Part shown: piece by piece, positions 34,248 through 42,635 of the stretch
Layout: each line of letters starts with the position of its first letter
Numbering within the stretch: position 1 is the first letter of the stretch
DNA from: Candidatus Poriferisocius sp.
GTDB taxonomy: Bacteria > Actinomycetota > Acidimicrobiia > Acidimicrobiales > Bin134
Direction of reading: 5' to 3'
Length of the DNA: 64,000 nucleotides
Assembly: GCA_965208545.1 (NCBI GenBank)
Contig: OZ242341.1
Location: 2,399,380 to 2,463,379 of the forward strand
Made by a program: the position numbers and the translations under genes
Notes under the pieces: generated by a model
Databases searched by the model: none
The model's input: only the letters and a program-made list of their open reading frames with translations
What the model was told of the DNA's origin: nothing

Positions 34248-35585
34248 TCACAGACCGAGCTTGGCGTCCAAGTGCTCGGCCAGCCCGTCGATGGGCACCC
34301 GGTCTTGGTCCATGGTGTCCCGGTCACGCACGGTGACGGCCCGGTCTTCGAGGGTGTCGAAGTCCACGGTCACGCAGAAGGGGGTGCCGATTTCGTCTTG
34401 GCGTCGGTAGCGGCGCCCGATGGATTGGGTCACGTCGTAGTCGGTCATCCATCGGGGCTGGAGCAGGCCCAGCACTTCCTCGGACACCGCTTGGAGATCG
34501 GGCTTCTTGGACAGGGGCAGCACCGCCGCCTTATAGGGCGCCAGCCGAGGGTGCAGTCGCAGCACCGTGCGGGATTCCCCCCGCACCTCCTCGGTATCGA
34601 AGGCGGCTAGCAGAAACGCCATCATCGTGCGAGTGGCCCCGGCGGCCGGTTCGATCACATGGGGCCGGTAGCGCTCGTCAGCCTGCTGGTCGTAGTAGTC
34701 CAAGTCGACGCCTGAGTGCTGGGAATGCTGTGTGAGGTCGTAGTCGGTGCGGTTGGCGATACCCTCCAACTCGCCCCATCCCCAGGGGAACAGGTACTCC
34801 ACATCGGCGGTCCCCGCTGAGTAGTGGCTGAGCTCGTCGGCGTCGTGGGGCCGCAACCGCAGCTTGTCGGCGGGAATGCCCAACTCGGCGTACCAGTCCA
34901 TCCGAGCACCGCACCAGTACTCGAACCATGTGGCGGCCTCGTCGGGGGGCACGAAGTACTCCATCTCCATCTGCTCGAACTCCCGGGTGCGGAAGATGAA
35001 GTTGCCCGGCGTGATCTCGTTGCGGAACGACTTGCCGATTTGAGCGATGCCGAACGGCGGCTTGTTGCGCACGGTGTTCAGCACGTTGGCGAAGTTGATG
35101 AACATGCCCTGGGCGGTTTCGGGCCGCAGGTAAACGTCAGCCCCGGCCCCGGCCACCGGACCGGCCTGGGTGCGGAACATCAGGTTGAATTCCCGGGCCT
35201 CGGTGAACTGGCCCCGGGCCCCGCAGCTAGGGCAGACCTCAGGGTCTTCCAACTGGTCTGCCCGAAAGCGCATACCGCAGTTGCGGCAATCCACCAGGGG
35301 GTCGGTGAAGTTGGTCAGGTGCCCCGAAGCCTCCCACACCTCAGGAGGCGACAAGATGGAGGCGTCTAGGCCGACCACATCGGTGCGGAGCTGCACCATG
35401 GTCCGCCACCAGGCATCCTTCACGTTGCGCAGCAGCAGCACCCCCAAGGGGCCATAGTCGTAGGCGCTGCGGAAGCCGCCGTAGATCTCGGCTGACTGGT
35501 ACACGAACCCCCGCCGCTTGCAGAGATTCACCACCTTGTCCATCAGATCGTCGCCCGCACCCCGGTCGACGTCGCCGCTGCTCAT
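34248..35585 (-). CDS. glyQS: Glycine--tRNA ligase (class II, homodimeric GlyQS type)
   Basis: It has LCKRRGFVYQSAEIYGG..S.YDYGPLG, RPETAQG, FRNEISPR-like FRNEITPGNFIFRTREFEQME, and an anticodon-binding C-terminus. The start is uncertain: ATG 35585 or 35543. The track gives 35624. Confidence 0.9.
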   Translation of the reverse strand: MSSGDVDRGAGDDLMDKVVNLCKRRGFVYQSAEIYGGFRSAYDYGPLGVLLLRNVKDAWWRTMVQLRTDVVGLDASILSPPEVWEASGHLTNFTDPLVDCRNCGMRFRADQLEDPEVCPSCGARGQFTEAREFNLMFRTQAGPVAGAGADVYLRPETAQGMFINFANVLNTVRNKPPFGIAQIGKSFRNEITPGNFIFRTREFEQMEMEYFVPPDEAATWFEYWCGARMDWYAELGIPADKLRLRPHDADELSHYSAGTADVEYLFPWGWGELEGIANRTDYDLTQHSQHSGVDLDYYDQQADERYRPHVIEPAAGATRTMMAFLLAAFDTEEVRGESRTVLRLHPRLAPYKAAVLPLSKKPDLQAVSEEVLGLLQPRWMTDYDVTQSIGRRYRRQDEIGTPFCVTVDFDTLEDRAVTVRDRDTMDQDRVPIDGLAEHLDAKLGL

Positions 35586-35658
35586 GGGCCGCAGGCTACC
35601 GGCCCTCAGCTCCATAGCTGGCACCGAAAACCGGTGGCTGTCCGCCGGGCCGACCCTC

Positions 35659-36372
35659 TCAGCTGTAGGCGCCGGCGGCGCGGAGGCGGCGTTCTAGGTG
35701 GTGCTCCATGGCGGAGGTGGCCAGGTGCTCGACTTCGCCGGTGGCGGGCGAGGCGGGCAGGGCCAGGGCGGCGCTGAGACTGCCGCCCAGCACCATGCGC
35801 ATCAGCTCCAGTGCGTCGGGCGACAGAGGCGATCCCCGGCGGCAGTTCCGACACAGCACCCCGCCGCTGCCGTAGTCGAAGGCCGCTAATTCGTCTGTGG
35901 CCCCACACGACGCGCACGCTCCCACCTCAGGGCCCACTCCGTCGTGGACTAGGAGCTTGAGGTAGAAGGCGGGCACCACCAGAGCCGAGTCGCCCGCGTC
36001 CAGCGCCCGCAGCCCGCCCAGCAGCATCCGATACAGGGCACCGTCGGACTCCCGGTCGACACCCACCCGGTCGACCGCCTCCAGCATGGCCATGGCCTTG
36101 CCGAGGCGACCCAAGTCCTCCCGCACGGCGCGAAACTGGTCCACGGACTCGGTCTGGGTCACCACATCGAGCTCGCTTCGACCCCGGTGCAGTTGCACCT
36201 GTACGTGGCTAGTGGGCTCAAGGCGCCCCCCGAACCGGCTGCGGGTTTTGCGAACACCCTTGGCCACTGCCCGCACCTTGCCGTGGCCCCGCGTACAGAA
36301 CACCACGATGCGATCGGCCTCACCCAACTTATAGGTGCGCAGCACGATCCCCTGGTCTCGATAGAGGCTCAC
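35659..36372 (-). CDS. recO: DNA repair protein RecO
   Basis: GTG 36372 opens VSLYRDQGIVLRTYKLGEADRIV...GKVRAVAKGVRK.RSRF, and a CxxC...CxxC zinc motif follows (CASCG...CRNC). Confidence 0.88.
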   Translation of the reverse strand: MSLYRDQGIVLRTYKLGEADRIVVFCTRGHGKVRAVAKGVRKTRSRFGGRLEPTSHVQVQLHRGRSELDVVTQTESVDQFRAVREDLGRLGKAMAMLEAVDRVGVDRESDGALYRMLLGGLRALDAGDSALVVPAFYLKLLVHDGVGPEVGACASCGATDELAAFDYGSGGVLCRNCRRGSPLSPDALELMRMVLGGSLSAALALPASPATGEVEHLATSAMEHHLERRLRAAGAYS

Positions 36373-36422
36373 TGCAACAAGCCTCTCACTCCTCAACCGG
36401 GCAGAGGCTCATGGTGCCCCCG

Positions 36423-37199
<777 letters not shown>

Positions 37200-37247
37200 T
37201 TGGGTTTCTCCCCGATTCCTTCAACGGCCACTACTAGCGTCAGGGTG

Positions 37248-39131
37248 ATGCCGGAAATCGCCGCGGTCAATGAGGCCCTGGAAGCGGCTGTCTCGTCGCT
37301 GGAGGGCGGGGGCGAGCGACGGCCTGGACAGCGAGACATGTGCCATGCGGTAGCCGAAGCCATGGAAGCAGAGCGACACCTAGTGGTGGCCGCCGGTACG
37401 GGAACCGGGAAATCACTGGCCTACCTGGTGCCTCTAGTCCTGGGCCAAGGCCCTTCGGTGGTGGCTACCGCCACCAAGACCCTCCAAGACCAGTTGGTCG
37501 ACAAGGACCTCCCCCAACTCGCCGAAGCCTTGGGGCGCCCGGTGCGATTTGCCGTGCTCAAAGGCCGGTCCAACTATCTGTGCCTCCAGCGGTTGGAGGA
37601 GCACCTCCAAGATGACCAGCTGAGCCTGGGAATTGCCGACGGTCCCAAGGCGGAGATCAACCGGCTGGCGGTATGGGCCGGGCAAACCGACACCGGCGAC
37701 CGGGCCGAGCTGGACTTCGAGCCCTCTCCCGCGGCTTGGGATGCGCTCAGCGTCTCGGGCCGCGAGTGCCCAGGGGCGCAACGCTGCCCGTCGGGTCCGG
37801 TGTGCTTCGCCGAAAAGGCCCGCCACCAGACTGATGCCGCCGACATAGTGGTGGTGAACACCCACCTCTACTGCCTGCACTTGTTCAGCGACACCCCGCT
37901 GCTGCCTGAGCACGCCACCGTGGTGATTGACGAGGCCCACGGGTTGGAGGACATCGTGTCCGACACCGCGGGCTTGTCATTGACCGGCGGAAGGTTCGAT
38001 GAACTGGCCCGCAGCATCCGGGCCGTGGTGGCCGAATCGGCCGCCGCCGGCGATCTCGAGGACGCCGGCGTGCTCTTGCGGGAGACCCTGTCCCCTTATA
38101 GGGACAAGCCGCTGCCCTCCCCGCTGACCGACGAGCTCCAGCGAGTAGCCATCGTGGCCCGGGGCCGGGTGGAGCAGGCCCTTGTCGAGCTGCGAGGAGT
38201 GCCCGACGATGCTCCCGGTGATGTCGCCCCCCGCAAACTGCGGGCCATGCTGGCCGGCGGCGCCCTGGCTGAAGACTTGGCCCGGGCGGTGGAGGCCACA
38301 CCTGCTGAGGTGGCCTGGGTATCGGGAACCGAGTCGGCGCCCGCGTGGCGAATCGCCCCTGTCCAGCTCGGCGACCTGTTGACCGAGCACTTGTGGGACC
38401 ACACCACCGCAGTACTGACCAGTGCCACCATTCCCATGAACCTGGGCGAGGTGCTGGGGCTGCATCCCGACGAGCACGACGCCATCGACGTGGGCAGCCC
38501 GTTCGACTACGAGGCCAACGCCCTGCTCTATTGCGCCAAGCACCTGCCCGACCCCCGCAATCCTGGCTACGAGCCATCCCTGCACGAAGAGCTGGCCGCA
38601 TTGATCGAAGCCGCCGGAGGCCGGACCCTTGCGCTGTTCACCAGCTACCGGGCCATGGACCGGGCTGCCGAGGTGCTCCGTGATCAGCTCGATTTCGAGA
38701 TCTACACCCAGCGCGACCTCCCCAAGCCCGAGCTGCTGCGGCGCTTCTCCGCCGAGGTGGAGAGCTGCCTGTTCGCCACCATGAGCTTCTGGCAGGGGGT
38801 AGATGTGCCCGGGGAGTCTCTGTCGCTGGTGACGATCGACCGGCTGCCTTTCCCCCGGCCCGATGATCCCCTGTTGGAGGCCCGGCGGGAGCGTTATGGC
38901 AGCGATGCATTCCGCCTCGTCGACCTGCCCCGGGCCGCCACTCGACTGGCTCAAGGAGCAGGGAGGCTGATCCGACGGGGCGACGACCGGGGTGTGGTGG
39001 CGGTGCTGGATTCCCGGATGGCCACCGCCGGTTACCGCTGGGAGCTGGTGCGTGCCCTGCCCCAGTTCCCCCGCACTGCCGAGCGGGACCGGGCCGTGAC
39101 CCTGCTGCGCTCGATCCGCGACGGGGTCTGA
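37248..39131 (+). CDS. dinG: ATP-dependent DinG/Rad3-family DNA helicase
   Basis: This is the 3' 627 codons of track ORF 36411..39131. It has AGTGTGKSLAYL (Walker A), DEAH (VIDEAHGLED), four Cys in the Fe-S position (C...C..C...C around GRECPGAQRCPSGPVCF), and a C-terminal RLIRRGDDRGVV. Confidence 0.85.
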   Translation: MPEIAAVNEALEAAVSSLEGGGERRPGQRDMCHAVAEAMEAERHLVVAAGTGTGKSLAYLVPLVLGQGPSVVATATKTLQDQLVDKDLPQLAEALGRPVRFAVLKGRSNYLCLQRLEEHLQDDQLSLGIADGPKAEINRLAVWAGQTDTGDRAELDFEPSPAAWDALSVSGRECPGAQRCPSGPVCFAEKARHQTDAADIVVVNTHLYCLHLFSDTPLLPEHATVVIDEAHGLEDIVSDTAGLSLTGGRFDELARSIRAVVAESAAAGDLEDAGVLLRETLSPYRDKPLPSPLTDELQRVAIVARGRVEQALVELRGVPDDAPGDVAPRKLRAMLAGGALAEDLARAVEATPAEVAWVSGTESAPAWRIAPVQLGDLLTEHLWDHTTAVLTSATIPMNLGEVLGLHPDEHDAIDVGSPFDYEANALLYCAKHLPDPRNPGYEPSLHEELAALIEAAGGRTLALFTSYRAMDRAAEVLRDQLDFEIYTQRDLPKPELLRRFSAEVESCLFATMSFWQGVDVPGESLSLVTIDRLPFPRPDDPLLEARRERYGSDAFRLVDLPRAATRLAQGAGRLIRRGDDRGVVAVLDSRMATAGYRWELVRALPQFPRTAERDRAVTLLRSIRDGV

Positions 39132-39146
39132 CCTACGAGTCGGGGT

Positions 39147-40106
39147 CTAGAGATCGGGACTGGCCATGGACCCCGGTCCGTAGCCGAAGCGGTCGAGCAT
39201 CTCGGGACGGCGCTGCCAGTTCTTCTCTACGCCCACGTGCAGCTCGAGGAACACGCCCTTGGGGAGCTGAGCTCGGGCCGCGGTACCCACTTGTTTGAGC
39301 ACCGAACCCTTCTTGCCGATCACCATGGGCTTCTGCGACTCCCGCTCCACCAAGATCTCCACTTTGATGCGGGGCCACTCCCACTCGGTCACCGCCACGG
39401 TGATGGAGTGGGGCAGCTCCTCTCGGGTCACCGCTAGAAGCTGCTCCCGCACCAACTCGGCCACCCAGCGGGCCTCGGGCATGTCGCGCACCATCTCGGG
39501 CGGGTACAGGGGCGGGCCGGGAGGCATCAGTTCGCACAGCCGGTCCACCAAGGCATCCACTCCCTTGCCTGTGCGGGCCGAGGTGGGGAAGTACTCAGCG
39601 AACCCGAGCTCGCCGGCCACAGCCAGCTGGGCCACCACCTTCGATCGGGGGGCGGCGTCGGTCTTGGTCACCACCACGATGGAGTCGGGGCCGAGCCGCT
39701 CGGCGATGAACCGGTCGCCCCGGCCCAGCGGGCGGGTGGCGTCGATGCACAAGCACACCACGTCCACGTCGGCGGCGGCGTCGGCCGCAGTGGAGTTCAA
39801 CCGCTCCCCCAGTGCCGTGCGGGGCTTGTGGATGCCAGGAGTGTCCACGAAAACTACCTGCACATCGTCGCGGTGAAGCACACCGCGCACGGCGTGGCGA
39901 GTGGTTTGGGCCTTGTCGGACACAATGGCCACCTTGGTGCCCACGATGGCGTTCACCAGGGTGGACTTGCCCGAATTGGGCCGCCCCAGCAGGGTCACAA
40001 ACCCCGAACGGAAGCCCTCCCACGGGTTTTGACCTCCGAGGTCGCCGACTGCCTCGTCTGTCGGCGTGTCTTCCTGCTCGGCCACGCCAACCAGGCTACC
40101 CCTCAA
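39147..40106 (-). CDS. era: GTPase Era
   Basis: It has GRPNSGKSTL (G1), DTPG, TKTD and a C-terminal KH domain (VIGKKGS.LK.VG). The start is TTG 40106 or GTG 40085. Confidence 0.9.
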   Translation of the reverse strand: MRGSLVGVAEQEDTPTDEAVGDLGGQNPWEGFRSGFVTLLGRPNSGKSTLVNAIVGTKVAIVSDKAQTTRHAVRGVLHRDDVQVVFVDTPGIHKPRTALGERLNSTAADAAADVDVVCLCIDATRPLGRGDRFIAERLGPDSIVVVTKTDAAPRSKVVAQLAVAGELGFAEYFPTSARTGKGVDALVDRLCELMPPGPPLYPPEMVRDMPEARWVAELVREQLLAVTREELPHSITVAVTEWEWPRIKVEILVERESQKPMVIGKKGSVLKQVGTAARAQLPKGVFLELHVGVEKNWQRRPEMLDRFGYGPGSMASPDL

Positions 40107-40147
40107 TTGCCGCCGCCCTTCCCTAGTGGTCCAGGTACCGTGAGCAA

Positions 40148-40663
40148 ATGGCCGGGACCAAGCCGGGACCCAATAGTGAACAGGAGCGCACCAAAGTGGT
40201 GGCCACCAATCGCCGCGCCCGTCGGGATTTCGAGATCCTCGACGAGTACGAGGCCGGCCTGGTGCTGGAGGGCTCAGAGGTTAAATCACTGCGGGAGTCC
40301 AAAGTGACGCTGGCCGAGTCGTATGCCCGAATGGCGGAGGGTGAGTTGTGGCTCCAATCCCTGCACATCGCCCCCTACTCCCATGCCAGCGGAGCCGCGG
40401 GCCACGACCCCGACCGGCCCAAGAAGCTGCTGCTGCACCGGGGCGAGCTCAACCGCATCAAGGCCCGCCTCGAGCAAGACCGCCTCACCGTGGTGCCCCT
40501 GTCGCTCTACTTCAAACAGGGACGGGCCAAAGTGCTGATCGGAGTGGCCCGAGGCCGCCGCCGGGCCGACAAGCGCCAAGCCATCGCCGAACAAGACGCC
40601 CGCCGCGAAGCCCGAAACGAGATGGGCCGAGCGGCCAAATCCAGGGGATCGCTGTCAGAGTGA
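40148..40663 (+). CDS. smpB: SsrA-binding protein
   Basis: N.RARRDFEI...EAGLVL.GSEVKSLR and the C-terminal basic tail identify it. It lies immediately upstream of the tmRNA gene. Confidence 0.92.
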   Translation: MAGTKPGPNSEQERTKVVATNRRARRDFEILDEYEAGLVLEGSEVKSLRESKVTLAESYARMAEGELWLQSLHIAPYSHASGAAGHDPDRPKKLLLHRGELNRIKARLEQDRLTVVPLSLYFKQGRAKVLIGVARGRRRADKRQAIAEQDARREARNEMGRAAKSRGSLSE

Positions 40664-40702
40664 GCCGGTATCATGGCAGGGCACCTTGACAAGAAGTGCA
40701 CA

Positions 40703-41092
40703 CGGGGCTGATCGGTTTCGACGTTGGGACCGGGGGCTGCGCTGTGCGACCCGAGTTGCTCAGACTCGCAAAACGGGGCAACCAACTAAACGGCAATGAC
40801 CGTGAACTTCTCGCAGCCTGATCATTCTGGCCAAGAGAAGAACCGCGACCGGTAACGGCACGCGGGGCCAGTCCACCGCAGCCCGGCAACAGAAGCGGCG
40901 GAGACAGTAGGGACAGACCACTGACGGCGGGAAAGACCGCTGGCTCCGGGGAACAGACCCGGTGGCGGGCCCCCAAGCGGGGGCCACCCGACCCGGCGAC
41001 GCAGCTGCCATTGACGCCGCAGACCGGGAATGGTCGTATCACAGACAGGCACCGCCCAGCGGACGGGGGTTCGATTCCCCCCAGCTCCACCA
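40703..41092 (+). ncRNA. ssrA: tmRNA (transfer-messenger RNA)
   Basis: The 5' GGGGCUG pairs with the 3' CAGCUCC-ACCA, giving a 7-bp acceptor stem with the G3:U wobble used by AlaRS. The T-arm is GGGGGTTCGATTCCCCC. An internal tag frame at 40777-40821 (GGC AAC CAA CTA AAC GGC AAT GAC CGT GAA CTT CTC GCA GCC TGA) reads GNQLNGNDRELLAA-stop. Confidence 0.9.
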
Positions 41093-41472
41093 TCACAGAA
41101 GCAGAAATACTCGAAGCAGCCGCAGACGGCCAGAGGGCATTCGACTGCCAGACCGAAGATGAACTGCTTGGATACCAAAGCACTTTCGCCGAACGCTGGG
41201 CCACGCAATAGCCCTCAGCATTGCCATCCAGTGAGTGGTGATGGGGCAATTAACGATCGCATGATGTCCAGACAATTTGGCCGGTTTAGATCAGTTGATA
41301 AATCAAATATTCATGTCTTTCTCTTGTTTTGTGATCCAATAACACAACAATGACTAGAGCTATCAAAGGGGTTTATTAGACCAGGGACAAGGGGAATTCG
41401 ATCATGTGGTGTTGCTTTCTCGGCATCTGTTAGGGTGAGCAATTCCATGAAGTTCCCGACAATCCATGTGTC

Positions 41473-41970
41473 ATGACGTCTCATTCGAATGATCCCAATT
41501 CGGTCTCACCCGAAAACTTTGGCAAAGACGAGCTGCCAGCAGCCTTTGAAGACTGCGTTGCACTGCTGGCTCAGGCAACATCATTCGCAGTGGCTCTTGA
41601 ATTGGAGCGGAGCGATCTCGATCCCAATGAGTACGCGGTATTGGAGCTCTTCTGCCAGCAAACCGAATGGACCGCAACCCAGATTGTCGAGAAGCTCTCG
41701 CTTGACCCCTCACACATAAGCCGATTGGTAGCCCATCTAGTAGATCGGCGTCTATTGCGCCGGCGGCGGTCGAGAACCGACCGCCGGGTAGTCCATCTTG
41801 CTCTAACCGAATACGGAAGCGAGATTATTGGAGACGCGCGCGACAGAGTCCTCTCCTATCAGGGCAGTCTCCTGGAAGACGTGGACAGCAAGGAACTGGA
41901 TGGCTTTTTTTCCACCGCCTCCAAGGTTTTCCAGAAACACAACGAGATCAAGACCACCTTCCACGAGTAG
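41473..41970 (+). CDS. MarR-family transcriptional regulator (paralog 1)
   Basis: It has a winged HTH: WTATQIVEKLSLDPSHISRLVAHLVDRRLLRRRRSRTDRRVVHLALTEYG. Confidence 0.85.
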   Translation: MTSHSNDPNSVSPENFGKDELPAAFEDCVALLAQATSFAVALELERSDLDPNEYAVLELFCQQTEWTATQIVEKLSLDPSHISRLVAHLVDRRLLRRRRSRTDRRVVHLALTEYGSEIIGDARDRVLSYQGSLLEDVDSKELDGFFSTASKVFQKHNEIKTTFHE

Positions 41971-42082
41971 GCCAATCATTACCCGTCGGTATTTCAGGCG
42001 CGTCTAGCGACTACACCTTCAAGATCGCATCCCCGCATGAATGCGACGCTACTTGTACCTGACTACCGCCTTCAGCTATAAC

Positions 42083-42105
42083 CATTGTCAATAGACAATG
42101 TTGTC
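42083..42105. promoter_or_regulatory. Overlapping palindromes TTGTC-AATA-GACAA-TG-TTGTC (core cattgtc-aata-gacaatg is a perfect 7-4-7) upstream of MarR paralog 2
   Basis: Read directly from the sequence. MarR proteins typically bind palindromes overlapping their own promoters. Confidence 0.45.
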
Positions 42106-42116
42106 ATGAGAGCGCC

Positions 42117-42635
42117 GTGACCCCGGAAACGAAGAGCCAGTATGCGGGCTCAGTTGAACTGCCCATGTTGGGCGACTTGTCGGCTGCTTTTGGCGACTGC
42201 GTTTCGTCATTGGCGAAGGTGATCTCCGCAGCGGTCGAATTCGAGTTGGAACGAGGCAACCTCCGTCCAATCGAGTTCGCCGTGATGCAATTGTTCTGCT
42301 ATCAACCCGAGTGGACTGCAACCCAGCTCGTCGAGAAGACGTCTATCAAAGCAGCGCACATGAGCCGCATAGTCGCCAATCTGGTAAATCGGGGCCTGCT
42401 ATGCCGACGGCGTTCGAGGACCGACCGGCGAGTCATCAATTTGTTGTTGACCGACTACGGAGGCGAGATGATCGCCGAGGCGCACACCAGGATCATCTCT
42501 TACCAAGCAGCCCTCTTGAAAGATGTGAGTGACCAGGAATTGAGCGGCTTTCTTGCCACTGCCCGCAAGGTCATCCAAAACTACGCCGACCTGGCGCCCT
42601 ATCAATCCCAGGTGTCCGGCTTGGGCATGCGGTAG
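42117..42635 (+). CDS. MarR-family transcriptional regulator (paralog 2)
   Basis: It has WTATQLVEKTSIKAAHMSRIVANLVNRGLLCRRRSRTDRRVINLLLTDYG. The start is GTG 42117 or ATG 42165. Confidence 0.85.
   Translation: MTPETKSQYAGSVELPMLGDLSAAFGDCVSSLAKVISAAVEFELERGNLRPIEFAVMQLFCYQPEWTATQLVEKTSIKAAHMSRIVANLVNRGLLCRRRSRTDRRVINLLLTDYGGEMIAEAHTRIISYQAALLKDVSDQELSGFLATARKVIQNYADLAPYQSQVSGLGMR

Noticed and set aside
37769-37780. A third copy of the hairpin arm cccaggggcgca inside dinG
   Set aside because: Only one arm is present, with no partner arm or flanking similarity. It encodes part of the Cys-rich PGAQRC segment and is probably a chance 12-mer in GC-rich DNA.
40685-40690. TTGACA as a -35 element for ssrA
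   Set aside because: It lies only about 13 nt before the mature tmRNA 5' end. It cannot serve as a -35 element for that end unless a longer precursor starts elsewhere, so there is not enough evidence.
41011-41353. Small plus- and minus-strand ORFs (66-107 aa) at the tmRNA 3' end and just beyond it
   Set aside because: They overlap the structured tmRNA or AT-rich spacer and have no motifs or SD sequences. They are likely noise.
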